A DNA stretch of 64,000 bases from Eledone cirrhosa (lineage: Eukaryota): contig OZ024742.1 in assembly GCA_964016885.1 (NCBI GenBank), positions 263,376,001-263,440,000 on the forward strand, written 5' to 3'. Position 1 is the first letter of the stretch. Every line of letters starts with the position of its first letter. Made by a program: the position numbers and the translations under genes. Under the pieces are notes generated by a model. That model saw only the letters and a program-made list of their open reading frames with translations. It had not been told where the DNA came from and searched no databases. Shown in pieces: positions 13,243-26,529 of this stretch.

Positions 13243-14358
13243 GAATCTGCAGTGAAGCAGGTCAAGGATAAAGAGCATGGTGTGTTAACCATTAATACTG
13301 GGAAGAGTGTATCAGAATATTTTGCTTTGAAAATGAGTGAGGTGATGAAAGGAACCAATAAACAAACAAACACTGAACCTGCACAGAAGGAACTTTTGAT
13401 TACAGGTTCCAAAAACTTAGATTGTGCTATGGAGAGTGAGTACAGTCCTAAAGAAGTTACAATTGATCAGTCAGATTGTTTTATGGATGTTGATCATTGT
13501 CCTGAGAAGGCTGTTAAGAAAAAGTCAAAGAAAAAGAAAAAGAAAAAGAAGCTCCAGGAAGAGGAATTTGTAGAAGAGAAATCCAGTGAGTTAACCATGG
13601 TTGTAGATAGTGGATATAATTATGAATCAGTGAGTAATTATAATAACGAGCCTATTGAAACTAGTGAGAGTATCAATGTTCGACATAAAAAGACAAAAGA
13701 CAAGGCTAACAAGTGTAAGGAAATGGTGGCTGATATTGTTGGCTGTGATAATAAAAATGATGTAAATTATGTAGAAATTCCCTGTAAAACTAGTTCTGAG
13801 GCAAAGATGAAGAAATCAAAGAAGAAGAAAAAGAAAGTTCCAGAAAGTGCGATGGTTGATTCCGAAAATGTAGTTCATAATCCTGAGGAGCAAAGTACAA
13901 TGCACCTTAATTCTGAAGAACCAAGTACAAAACTTCTTAATCTTGAGACAGAGAAAGATGCAGAGGTGAGAGATGAAAATTTTGACACAAAAAGAAAGAA
14001 AAAGAAGAAAAAAAGATCTCGGGAAGAAGATTCATTGTGTGCAGGAATGTCTGATACAAATCCTACAGAGGAATGTACTGCTCCTAAGGGTAGAAAGAAC
14101 AAAGAGCAAGTAGAGAAAGATTGTAATATTTTAGATGAAAATGTTAATGAAGAAAAAAGTTCAACACATCCTGACACATCACTGCATTCTCATTATACAT
14201 TTAGAAACTTGAGTACAAAAGGCACTCAACCAGAATTTTTTATGATACCTATGTACAAAAAAGACATTAAAGACAATTCAGAAGCTATGCAAAGTGCTTT
14301 AGAAAGTTTCCAAACACTTGGAGCCAATGTTTTAGACATAATTGGCTATTCATTTTAA
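13243..14358 (+). CDS. PINX1: PinX1 exon 5 (long K/E-rich low-complexity C-terminus); spliced CDS 1650 nt, 549 aa
   Basis: TTTTCTAG acceptor in phase 0; HGVLTINTGKSVSEYFALKM motif, poly-K tracts, C-terminal GANVLDIIGY; exon lengths 67+123+166+178+1116 keep the frame. Confidence 0.88.
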   Translation, partial: ESAVKQVKDKEHGVLTINTGKSVSEYFALKMSEVMKGTNKQTNTEPAQKELLITGSKNLDCAMESEYSPKEVTIDQSDCFMDVDHCPEKAVKKKSKKKKKKKKLQEEEFVEEKSSELTMVVDSGYNYESVSNYNNEPIETSESINVRHKKTKDKANKCKEMVADIVGCDNKNDVNYVEIPCKTSSEAKMKKSKKKKKKVPESAMVDSENVVHNPEEQSTMHLNSEEPSTKLLNLETEKDAEVRDENFDTKRKKKKKKRSREEDSLCAGMSDTNPTEECTAPKGRKNKEQVEKDCNILDENVNEEKSSTHPDTSLHSHYTFRNLSTKGTQPEFFMIPMYKKDIKDNSEAMQSALESFQTLGANVLDIIGYSF

Positions 14359-16879
14359 AGAAAAATTAAAAATGTTTTCTAAATGTCTTGTTTAATATAT
14401 TTTTTATATATAAAAACAATGTAATGGTGGTAGAGTAAACAAAGTATATGCTAGTGCTGGTGAATGGAGCAAAACAGGTGAAATACCATCACCATCGTTT
14501 TTATGTCTATTTTTCCATGCTGGCATGGGTTGGATGAGATGTTTTGAGACACTGTTTTACAACCAGATGCCCTTTCTGATGCCAAACCTTTTTGTTGCTG
14601 CTTACAGCATTCAGGGATACATTGTATCTATTCTAAAAACTAGGTTACACATGGCATATAGAATAGTATATTTTAGGCTTCCTGACTAACTGTGTACCTG
14701 CTGTCTCGCATTATGTTTAAATGTTTATTATCTAGTTGGAGGAAAGAAGTGACCATGATATTTAGAGGCTGTTCCATATTGGCTAACTTGATGATGAGAA
14801 GTCCATCAGATGGACTTAGGAGAGCAGAAACAAAAGTAGAAAGAGAAGCAGCTAATGGTTGTGATTTGTTTCCAGCCTAGAAAGTTTGTGTATGGTTTTA
14901 ACAGCAACCATTGTCCCATAGATGTGAGCAGTATTCTAATATAATCGATTAAAACTGAAATATATTGTTCCCTGCAGTGGAAGTCTAATTTTTGTCAACC
15001 GTTTTTTACCAAATCACTTGAAATTGCCCATAGTTCTATAATACATACTAGTATGGATTGGGTGGCTCTTTTTGAGGCTATATTTTACAGCTGGATTCCC
15101 TTTTTAGTACCTACCCTATTACTTATTACAGCATGCTGGGGGAACAAGTGTACCTAATCTAAACTATATATACATGGTTTTATATATATATATTTGAAAA
15201 TATATTCACCACAACAGTTGAACAAATTGGGCAAAGCATTTCTGGAGGTGGAAGAGAATGGACAGACACCAGCCAGGAACCAAAGTACACATCTCTTGTA
15301 TGCCAAATGAATGCACCAAACAATATGCCAAACAGTCTCTGGTCGCTAATTATTGTCTATTTTGAAGATTCATTATAAGAGATGCAGAGTTCAACTCACA
15401 ACAAGCATCCCTGACAACCTCTTCTGCCTCCAGGAACACTGAACGATACATTGAACTACTATCTATAGCTGCTAACTACTACTATAATTATCTGCAATGG
15501 CAAATATATCTTCAAATTTCCCCATGAGTGTGCATACAGACATGCATATATATACATATGTGGCAGCAAATTGGCAGTCGTTTAGACGTTGGATAGAATG
15601 TTTTATGGTATTTGTTCCACATCATTGCGTGCTTTAAATTCAAATCCCACTGGGGTCAACTTTGCCTTTCATCCTTTCAAGGACGATAAAAAAAGGTATC
15701 GGTCCAGTACTGGGGTTGATTTTTCCTCTATAGGAAAAATCGGCTGTGTTCAGACCTGGAGAAGGTTTAATAATGCCCCAGACACGCCGTTGGACAGTGC
15801 CTCTACGACTCCACAAGGAGTCTTTATCCTTATATAAAAAGCACCCAGCACTCACTGTAAAATGAGGTTGGTGTTAGGAAGGGCATCCAGCTGTAGAAAT
15901 CAAGCCAGAATCAGTTCCCGTTCCACCCTTGCAAGCAGGGAAAAGCGGACGTAAAATGATGGTGATTATATATATATACATACATGTATGTATATATATA
16001 TATATATATATACATACATGCAAAAAGTAAACAAATAATACAGTACAATTAAGAAATATATTAGTTTAACGCTCGATATAGTAGGAAAAGAGTCTTTCAT
16101 CAGAAGATAAAATGAGAAATAAAAGAAGTAGAAAGATGGAGAGTGAGAAAAGGAAGAACAGAAATCATTTTTCAAAGAAAAAGCACGTGTGTTGAGTCAG
16201 CTATTTCGGGGAAATATAGACCATGCACACAATAAATCAATACTTGATCTCCATGAAATAGAGAATTGTTTCATATTTCCTATTTTGAAAGGAAAACCAA
16301 CAGTTGGTCAAGGAACACGCGTAACATGTTTTGAGTACATTTTGAATAAATTTCCTTCATGAACCTAGTTGTCTGGAATAGAATGAACTTCCGTCAGTAT
16401 CCATGATGAGTGAGTAGGTTTGATCAACGGAAAATATGAAATTAGCGTTATGTGGCTGAGTATTCCACAGACACAAGTAATCTTAACGTAACTCTCAGGG
16501 AGATTCAGCATGACACTATGTGACAAGTGAGTCAACTGAATTACAGGTACAGTCAGGCTTCCAAACAATTTCCATCTACTTAATTTCATTCACAAATTAT
16601 GAGACAACTCCAAACTATGGTAAATGATACTTGTTCAAGATGCCACGCAGTGGGATCAATCCCGGCATCTAATAATTGCAAAGATGAGGTTTTAGCCATT
16701 CGGCTCTGCTGCATCAACAAAATGCAAGATAAGGGGTTTTATTTAAGTGACAGTGTACTCCAACCTGCACATCATAGTCAGGAGACTGTTCAACTAAAGT
16801 TATCTCCCTGTAATACCCCCCCCCCCCTCCTCCGGTATTGATATCAGTCAATTACATAGTGATCTCCCTTGAAATGAAG

Positions 16880-17037
16880 TTGCCGCTCGTGTTGGAATTT
16901 ATTATGCCCTTGCCATTCTGAGTTCAAATCCCGCCGAGGTTAACTTTGCCTTTCATCCTTACGGGGTCGATAAAATAAAGTACCAGTAATGTACTGGATA
17001 TTTGCTGGCCTTGTGCCAATAGTAGAAACAATTATTA
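16880..17037 (+). mobile_element. tRNA-derived SINE family A
   Basis: GAGTTCAAATCCCGCCGAGG..CTTTGCCTTTCATCCTTACGGGGTCGATAAAATAAAGTACCAG..GGCCTTGTGCC..AGAAACAATTA; near-identical copies elsewhere in the window. Confidence 0.75.
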
Positions 17038-17199
17038 TATATAAGCCAGTAGACCCATGCCGCCAATAACGACGGAAATAGCGTGGAACGTATTTAATTT
17101 TCGGAGTCTAGGATTGATATGCCATTTGAACCCAGTGGGTAATTGCAGTTTGCTATTTTAGGGAAAAGAAAGGTGATATGTCTATTTTTCATTTATAGC

Positions 17200-18030
17200 T
17201 CCTGCAACTCTTGCACTTAATTCAGCCTTACACCACCCGTGAACAAGCACCCGAGATACTTGAACTTCTCTACCTGTAGAGTACACTGCGCATGCTTCCT
17301 TGAGAGGACGAGTGTCTTAGTCTTCGCAGCACTGATTTTTATTCCGGCCGTTCAATACTCGGTATCAAACCTATCAAGTGCACGTCAGAGATAACCTGCA
17401 AATTGCAGCCGACTAATCCTACACCCGCCAGTCATGATACCACTTCTAATCTGGATGCGCATGTCAGTCCTGTTCATGAAGATTATGAACAGGAGAGGTA
17501 TGCACCCTTGGCAGAGTCCGACTCCCACATTGAATGGTGCAATAACGAGCCAGCTTCAGCATTCAGTCATCAGAAAAAGGGAAGTAAGTGTAAAATCCAA
17601 ACTTGCTATCTTCAATTTGGTATTCGTGCCAACCCTTACCTATGGTCATGAATCTTGGATGATGACCGAAAGAATGCGATCGCAAATATACGTAGCTGAA
17701 ATAGGGGTCCCCCGAAGGGTCTTTGCAGTAACGATACTAGATGAGAGAGTCACTCCAGGTGGAGCCGCTACTTCTCCGAATTGAAAGATTACAGCTCCGA
17801 TACTATAGGCACGTGGTTAGATTGTCTCAGGAAAGAATCGCTGGACAGATTTTACAGGCAAAACCAACCGACAGGAAACCCAGATAGACCCCGAGCAATA
17901 TGGTTGGATGGTATCCATGAACTTAGCTGGTCTCACCGGGGGATCCGGCCGGATGAAGTGGAGTGGTTGCTTCTGACATGATCCGCTGGAAGGTGTAGCT
18001 GAAGACTGCCCCCACGACCCTCACAGGAAT
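17200..18030 (+). mobile_element. RTE LINE fragment with inverted 5' part
   Basis: 17200-17535 is colinear with 20568-20870, while 17536-18030 is the reverse complement of 20040-20563. Confidence 0.7.
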
Positions 18031-18988
18031 AAGTGGAATAAATATGACACAATGTGCCTAGACTGGAGGTTTGAGTTACTGGCACAATTCATCCGATTAA
18101 CTTCCAAAGTTTCTGTTAACTCAATTTTACACACCGGCTTTGGCTAGACCGAGATTATGGTAAAAGCCCAATGTAGCATGCAATAGGATCGAATCCAGAA
18201 TTTCATGATTGTAAAGGAAACCTGTTAACTACTCAACCATGCATGCATCCACAAATCTTTACAGTAGTTGGGCTGTGATTAGCAACATTTCTAACAGTCA
18301 TGGTTCGCGCAGAGGACTGAAAGGTTATATAGTCAAAGTCGACATCACCGGAATTTTTAAAACTCAGAATATAGCACAAATCTATAAATTACTGTCAGAC
18401 ATATAATCTAAGCATTCTACAGTATTTCTGTATATGTGTTGGGCCTCCGTCGGTTCCGACGGTGATTGTGCTAGTTGTTTGAACAACGGATAAGCTTGCT
18501 CGTGAAGTTAACATGTAAATGGCTGAGCATTCCACAGACACGTGTACCCTTAATGTAGTTCACAAGGAGATTCAGTGTGTGATAAGGCTGACCCTTTGAA
18601 TTACAGGTACAACTCCTTTTTTGCCAGCTCAATAAACTGAAGCAACATGAAATAAAGTGCCTTGCTCAAGAATACAACGCGCCGCCCGGGTAGGAAATCG
18701 AACTCATGGCATTACAATCGTGAGCCAAACACTTAGCCTCGTGCCTTCACATTCCTGTGTATAATTCGTTCTAATCTAACATTGATTTCCTTTGATTAAG
18801 TACTACACTGCTTACCCATAGACGTACGCTTCAATATTTCAAGAATAACTTTTCACATTGATATGTATGAACCGGTAACTCCTGAAGTTGTAAAGGCGTT
18901 GTTATGATACACCGTCTTGGGCACTTTAAATCTGGCCAAGCTCATCATTACGCCAGTTCTGAGCACAGCCGATCTTTTACAGATAGAC

Positions 18989-19023
<35 letters not shown>

Positions 19024-20039
19024 CGGAGTGGCGGGAAGAAAAATCAATCCTAATACTGAACTGGAACACTTTTCTTGTCGACCTTGAAATGCTGGAAGGC
19101 AAAGTTGTATGTATGTACGTGTGTGTGTGTGTTTATGTTTATATGGGCATAAAACAGATAAGAGCTATGTTGTGTTCAATTACGTCCCGTAATTTATGAA
19201 TACAGCAAACAGAGATCGATAAAATAAGTACAAAATTGATATTAAGCAGTTAAGTGGATATCATGGATTATAACTGGAGAAGGCGGTTCTGCAACACACA
19301 CACACACACATTATCTTATGCAATGAACCTGATGATGTCGCTGGAATTCTACTGACCATTGAAATATATATAGTGTTTGCAAAAATAAAAACTTTAAAGG
19401 AATTCCCAAAATCCGGCCTCCTGTCACTTTATTCAATAATATATATATATACATACACACACACACTGTCGTGGTTTCGATTCCTGGGTTGCGTGTTGTG
19501 TTCTTGAGAAAAACATTTCATTTCAGGTTATATATACTCTATAGAGAAATAAATGGCGTGGTAGACTGATAGATAAAGAAATGGAAGATAAAGTTGATCT
19601 GGTAGAAAACTAGATGGATAGTTAAAGCTAAGTTGAAATTTGTCCCAGCCGATCAGGCTTATTCCCGGTTTCATTTTTCATCAGTGTTAAGCTACTGAGA
19701 GTACAAGACTTCCCCACTGGACATGACACCAAGTGCTTTGCTCTTTTGCAAGAACACAACGCATCACCTGGTTCAAGAATCGAACCCACGACATTATGAT
19801 CGTCCAACAGCCTAACCACTAACCCACGCGCCATTTTTAAAGATGGATAGGCTGATTTACAATTTCTTATATGGGTGCAAGGTCTGAAATTTAGGTGAAG
19901 AGGTTTGTTGATTAAATCGACCCCACTACACACTTAGTACTTTATTTATCGACTCTGGGAGAATGAAAGACAAAGATGATCTCAACGGGATATTTGATCA
20001 CAGAACATAAAGAATCCAAACGGATGAATATTTCGCCGA

Positions 20040-20890
20040 CTTATTCCTGTGAGGGTCGTGTGGGCAGAGTCTTCAAACATTCCTTCCAGCGAGTCCTGTC
20101 AGAAGCAACCGTCTCCAGCTGATCCGGCTGGATCCCAAAGCATGACCAGCCAAGACCATGGATGTTACCCAACCATCTTGCTTGAGGTCTACCCCTGAGT
20201 CTCACACCGGCTAGTTTTGCCCGTAAAATCTGTTCAGCGATTCTTTCTTGAGATATTCTAACCTCATGTCCATAGTATCGGAACTGTGATCTCTCAATCA
20301 GGAGAAGTAACAGCTCTACATGGAGTGACTCTTTGATCTCCGAGCTACGCACTCTATCGAGTAACATTACCTCAAAGACTCTTCGGAGGAACCCCATTTC
20401 GGCTGCTTGTATTCGTGATCATAGTCGTTCGGTCATTACCCAAGATTCATGACTATAGGTAAGATTTGGCATGAATACCAAATTGAAGATAGCGAGTTTG
20501 GTTTTTACACCTACCTCCCATCTTCTGATTACTGAAATGTTGAAGCTGGCTCATTACTGCACCAGCTGCAGCAATTCTTGCACTTAATTCAGCCGCTTGC
20601 CTTCCATCACTCGTGAACACGGCCCCGGGATACTTAAACTTCTATACCTGCTTCACTGGAACTCCATTCACTCCAGGCATACAGCACTCGGCCTCAAACC
20701 TATCGGAGATCACCTTCTGTCGAGTTAAGTAATACTATGACGTCTGCAAATTCCAACCCACAGATTTTACACCTGCCAATCATGATACCACTCCAATTCT
20801 GTTCACGAATATTATGAACAGGAGAGGTGACCTTACGCACCCTTGGCTGAGTCCAACTCCCACCTTGAATGGTTTCGATTTACCACCATT
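20040..20890 (-). mobile_element. RTE LINE 3' fragment
   Basis: MGFLRRVF..IERSQFRYYGHEVRI..RGRPQARW; degenerate RT upstream (GLSQGCVRS, FKYPG). Confidence 0.8.
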
Positions 20891-21129
20891 TATCCGAATA
20901 CAAATTCGGATAAAGACATCAGGGCAACAAGAAGCTGACCATCCATTCGTATGGAGACATCAGGGCAGGAAGAAGCTGACCATCGATTTCATATTCTTAC
21001 AGAACCTTCCACAGTATAAATTAATTGTTTCTACTTTTGGCACAAGGCCAGCAATTATCCCAGTGTATTACTGGTGCTTTATTTTATCGACCCCGTAAGG
21101 ATGAAAGGCAAAGTTAATCTCGGCGGGAT

Positions 21130-21844
21130 TTAGTAAACGGAAAACGTCAACTGTCGTTCTAGTATGGAGTGAATTTTCACACATGCGTAGATCAAGCAAC
21201 CAAGTGAATATTTGTACACCAGGACAGTGACAGGTATAAATGCTGCTAAATATAGCTCATATATATCACGTCTCTCAACAATAATGCAGTAGTAATATAT
21301 AAGAAAAAGCAACGCGGTAGATAGAAAAATCAGTTTCATATATATACAGGGAGAAAGATTAGTGGACAAATTGATAAAAGATATCTAAACAGTAACAAAG
21401 GCAAACCTACATTAAGTAGATATCCACATACATTTGGCTGACGAACTACACGCGTTTTTCTCCCCCATAACCCCCCCCCCCCCGAAAAACAAAACAAACA
21501 AACAACGTTTTCTTTCTTTGCTTACTCTCATTCATCTTTCTATTTTTCATTCTATCGTTTGACGAAAGAAATACGTCCGAAACATTCAGACACTTTTCCT
21601 ACTATATCAATCAATAATTATTGCATTGTATTGTTCTCAAGTGTTATATTTCCTTGTTGATTTTTCTTATATATTGCTACTGCATTATTGTTGAGTTGAT
21701 AGACGTGATATATATGAGCTATATTTAGCGGCATTTATACATGTTACTGTCCTGGTGTACAAATATTCACTTGGTTGCTTGATCTACGCATGTGTGAAAA
21801 TTCACTCCATATTAGAACGACAGTTGACGTTTTCCGTTTACTAA
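21130..21844. repeat. Inverted repeat of about 180 bp (21130-21308 / 21661-21844) around a Penelope pLTR-like spacer
   Basis: Arms are reverse complements with a few substitutions; the spacer has a degenerate hammerhead-like TTGACGA..GAAACATTC. Confidence 0.85.
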
Positions 21845-22053
21845 CAGGTAAATATTAATTTATTCTTTCCAAGAAGCCATCTGATGAAACCGAATTTCTT
21901 TGATATTGCCCATCCATATAACAGAGTGGCCAATATTGTCTTACTGGTGGAGAGAAGATGGACACCGCCAAGCATTTCTAAGGTCTATTGAAATGCTATG
22001 ATGTTGCATACATTAAAACGTCCCAATGACTGACTGTACCAGTTACAGGAACT

Positions 22054-22103
<50 letters not shown>

Positions 22104-22250
22104 TAGGGTGTGGTAAAAACCAGCTAGACCATAACCTACCAGAGTACTCGATACTTGGGGTAGTAGAGTGGGTAATATGAACAGATTCAGGACACCGACG
22201 GCTAAGCTCGGATCTAACTGTCGAAACTGCCGTCGGGGTCCTGGAGATCT

Positions 22251-22310
<60 letters not shown>

Positions 22311-22768
22311 CTATATATATATATGTATATATATACATACATACATCTCAATAAATGCTACACATCGGTGAAACCTTTATTGCCCACTTTATTTGAAGTA
22401 TAGAGTTCTGTATCAGAAAGTGTATGCAGCCTGCAAAACATATAACAATATATGCCTTACAGCAACTACATTATGATATAAATATATATATTTACAAAGG
22501 AAGATGGTAGTGAAAGTGTTTAAAAGGAAACAGTGACATTTGAAGTGAAGTAATACCGTAAAAACACGCCGCAATGATGGCTGACGATCAAATAGCTATC
22601 TCTTTAAGATGTCACTAGATGGTACGATTGAAGATAAGAGAAGAGGAATTAAATAGAAAATTAAATAACCTTAGTTCTATTGATAATCTTTATGCTATCC
22701 CGAAAGCCGTTAATTATACATACCCATAAACTATATATATATATATAAACTTTAATCTTTTATTTTAT

Positions 22769-22808
<40 letters not shown>

Positions 22809-23107
22809 TTTATGTGTGTGTGTGTGTGTACGTGTGCGAATGCGTATATATATATATATATATAAATATTATACGCAGAGATATCTACAACCACACAGAC
22901 ACATACATATATCTATAAGGTTGTATCCAAATATCAATCAATCAATCTCTTTTTATATCGCTCTCTCTCTCTTCCATCTTTCTACTTTGATAAATACTAC
23001 CTCTTTTAGGCATTACAAGTCCCAGCCTCACTGTATGACCTACACACTGCCCATGTCCACCGTCCTTCTATGGTCACCTTGTGTTTTTCTCTCCATTACT
23101 GTCTTAC

Positions 23108-23161
23108 TCTTAAAATACAATCACTGGTATTTAGAGACTTTTCCTGGCATTTGTCGCAACT
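23108..23161 (-). CDS. Candidate internal exon (SCDKCQEKSLNTSDCILR) of the same putative gene
   Basis: TTTATTCCCATTAG acceptor, GTAAGA donor, 54 nt, phase 0-0. Confidence 0.35.
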
Positions 23162-23442
23162 CTAATGGGAATAAACACAATCATATGCATAGTCACGTCC
23201 CCACACGTACACAGAGTAATGTAAAGAAACAGGCACGTGAACACACGCACTCACACATATCCCCACTCACACACATCGACGCAAGGATATTTCTATCTTC
23301 ACTTTGCCTTCTCTATCTATATGTCTATGCCTGCATGTATATATCAATACCCCCCTCGCGCGCGCACTCTCTCTCTCTCTACATATATATATATATATAT
23401 ATATATGTACGTGTGTGTGTGTGTGTGTGTATATATATATGT

Positions 23443-23524
<82 letters not shown>

Positions 23525-23525
<1 letters not shown>

Positions 23526-23779
23526 TAATAAAAAGGACGATATGTTATATCTTCATTACATTTATTGAGTAGTGACGCGTGTTTCGCTATTGATCAGCTC
23601 AAGGTTCGATCAAAAGCGAAACGCGTGTCATTACTCAATAAAACGTAATGAAGACATAACATATCGTCCTTTTATTATTATTATTATTACACTCTGCTTT
23701 GTTCTACACCTCTATATTTACTGGAAACTACGCTTCGAGTGCTCACCCTGGTGAACCTACAGTAACTGGATGTTACATT

Positions 23780-23782
<3 letters not shown>
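23525..23782. repeat. Fold-back hairpin (arms about 70 bp, 23525-23679) plus tail; same family as 37772-39342
   Basis: AAAAAGGACGATATGTTA..GTTTCGCT / AGCGAAAC..TAACATATCGTCCTTTTT; shares GAGTGCTCACCC.GGTGAACCT.CAGTAAC with 39290-39330. Confidence 0.8.
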
Positions 23783-23829
<47 letters not shown>

Positions 23830-23869
23830 TCCTGAAGCAAACCTGGACATCTCCACACAAGATATCAAC

Positions 23870-25155
23870 GCGCAATTTCAACATTTCATGACAACAATAC
23901 AAACCATATGCCGTAATTTTGTCCAGGAAAAAAGGTCAACAGCCACAAAACTTTTATGTCCAGAGAGAGAAGCCTGGGCCAAAGAAAATATTAAAATAAA
24001 CTGCTTGCCTCGGTACACTGCAAGATTGGGCCACTTTTCCATAAAAATGACTCACTGACTGAGGATCCTCAAGGGAGACGTGAGATAATGAATGAACAGT
24101 ACAAAAGTGTTTTCACCTCCCAATGAGGCACATGCAAATAACAAAGCCAGAGGTATTATTTGATGCCGCATCAGTATACAGAGAAATATCGACCATCAAC
24201 CACATAGATATAACAGAGGAAGATGAGAGTAAACTCAGCTGCTGAACTTGAATGATTCCCAGAAATCCTCCTAAAAACATGCAAGCATGCCTTAGCAAGA
24301 CCACTGAAGATTCTCTTCAAAATTTCTCTGGCTAGCGGTAAACTACCCAGAGAGCTAAAACATGGCACAATATATCTTAACCATAAAGGAGGAACCAGAG
24401 CAGAAGCTAAAAACTACAGGCCAGTCTCTCTGACCTCACATAGTAAGGTATTAGAACGAATCACCAGAAAGAAACTGATCACGTTCCTCGAGGAAAATGA
24501 CTGCCTAACTAACATTTAGCATGGCTTTCGCCCGGGAAGAAGCTGCCTTACACAGTTGTTACAACACTATGACCGGGTACTGAAATAACTGCTGGACAGC
24601 TCAAATGTGGAAGTGATATATCTTGACTTTGCGAAGGCCTTCGACAAGGTCGACAATGGATTGATATGCCACACGCTACACAGATTCGGCATAATTGGAA
24701 AAGTAGGTGAGTGACTGCATGATTTCTTAAAAGACAGAAGCCAGACTGTTGCAGCTAACGGGACCCTCTCAAAGGAAACACCAATAACAAACGGGGTGCC
24801 CCAGGGCATGGTCTTGGGACCACAACTGGTTTTGGTGGCTCTTTCAGACATGCCCTCTGTAGTACATAGAATATCCCTTACTAGTTATGCTGATAACAAA
24901 AATGTAGCACAGGCAATCAAGAACCCCGCTGATGCTGCTCTTTTACAACAAGATCTGGATGCCATATACAAATGGGCTGAGGACAACAACATGCAATTTA
25001 ATGCTGGAAAATTTCAAGCCCTACGATGTCAACCTCTTAACACAAGGACAGTGCAACAAAGCTACACCGGACCAGGAGGGATTGAAATCGCCGCGCCGAA
25101 ATCGATACGAGACCTGGGTATAGACATGAGCGACGATGCATCGTTTCATTCAATC
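23870..25155 (+). mobile_element. CR1/L2-group LINE reverse transcriptase pseudogene
   Basis: NYRPVSLTS, HGFRPGRSCLTQLL, YLDFAKAFDKVD, GVPQGMVLGP, YADN, NNMQFNAGKF; several stops. Confidence 0.88.
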
Positions 25156-25329
25156 TAGTGATTCTGACGATTTCTCTACAGAGGAATCAAATGCTATCTC
25201 CTTTTGTATTTGAATGAAACATATGTAAATTAATTAAACTATGTATTAATGCATTGAACCTTGGTTATTTATTTATATATATACACACACACACAAATAT
25301 ATATATATATACTGTAATACAAATTTGGT

Positions 25330-26270
25330 ACAAATATCGAAGGGTTTAGAGCACTCAGTCTACAGGACGAGTTAAGTATAATTAGTTTCAACAGTGATAG
25401 GTACAAGTTTCATTGGGTTGTTTATCCCAACTCTTTCAGCCTGTCATAAGAAGAAAAATGACTTCCCACTGTGGAGATTTTAGAAAGTATAGGAGAGGTC
25501 TAGGTATAGGGTAGGTAATCCCGAAACTACCTATAAATAGACAAGTACCCTAAATAAATAAAGTGAAAAAAGAAGTAACTATAAAAAAAAACCCAAGGTA
25601 GGGAACTTGTTTCACGGGGAGCCCAAGGGTCAAAATCGAAAGTGGATAAAAAAAAAAAATTCAGTTTATCTGGTCAAGACCATTTTCAGAACAGATTATG
25701 CTTCGTGAGGACAGCGATTGAAACAGTCGAGACGCGTATTTAAGCAGCGTTTCCTTGAAGCCAGTTGTAAGAGTATATTCCACTTCTCCGAGTTACACAG
25801 CTGGCAAAATTTCGTCTCATTGACGTAGAGGGTGGATCTTTTTAGTATCCTCCATTTAATGGAGAACGCCGAGGTTCCACTGATGGTTCGCGAGCTGAGT
25901 GATATGGTTTTTGTCAGGATGTCTGAAGGTTACTTCGTGGTTCAAGAAATGGCCTTTGCACTGGCTCACAAACATTCCTACATAAGTCCAGGCTTCAGTT
26001 TGGTGGTTATGGTTGGTGGAGGTCACTTCTACTTCGTATATCACTGCTGGAGTGTTGCACTGTTAATCAGGGGGAATGCCTCTGGCCTTTTGCATGAGCG
26101 TCCGTAAGGTGAAAGGCTTTTGCATTGTTGGTGATGTGGGATTTCATGATTTTTGTACAAGAGTAGCCTATTTTCACTGTGTGGTGGTGGAATATTTTCC
26201 TGAAGGGAAGTGAAAATTTAAGAGGGATAAAATTTTTCTGCCTACTTAAGTACCTGTACATGCCACTGTT
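25330..26270 (-). mobile_element. Decayed Penelope-like element 3' end (GIY-YIG remnant + 3' UTR)
   Basis: KIFHHHTVKIGYSCTK and IYEVEV..TYVG..NHEVTFRHPDK..QLANHQWNL align with the ORF at 53327-54841. Confidence 0.75.
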
Positions 26271-26463
26271 GTAGCTAATTATATATATATATATATATAT
26301 ACACTAGGCACTACCACAATTAATAAATACATTGAATCAGTGATTGGTCTGTTGGAAATCTGTAACTTATGACGCTGTTGTCCCGCATTCGTGAAACACA
26401 GTGGATCAATCAATAAATCATGCAAAATATAAAACGTAGCAGGTTAAAACGGTGATAACTTAC

Positions 26464-26529
26464 CTTCTGGATCAGATTCAGCACGCTTGTTAGTTTCTTT
26501 TCTGTCTCTCTTTCATCTCGACTGCTTTC
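26464..26529 (-). CDS. Candidate internal exon of an unidentified minus-strand gene (ESSRDERETEKKLTSVLNLIQK)
   Basis: Strong acceptor TTCTTTCTCTTTCTACAG, perfect AAG|GTAAGT donor, 66 nt, open only in phase 0. Confidence 0.5.

Noticed and set aside
19322-19380. Hammerhead-like CTGATGA..GAAATATATATA; similar relics near 6340, 21560, 22220, 25700 and 37370
   Set aside because: Cores or stems are broken; treated as decayed pLTR relics rather than ribozymes
22480-22660. Minus-strand exon after a good polypyrimidine tract
   Set aside because: All three frames hit stops right after the best acceptor
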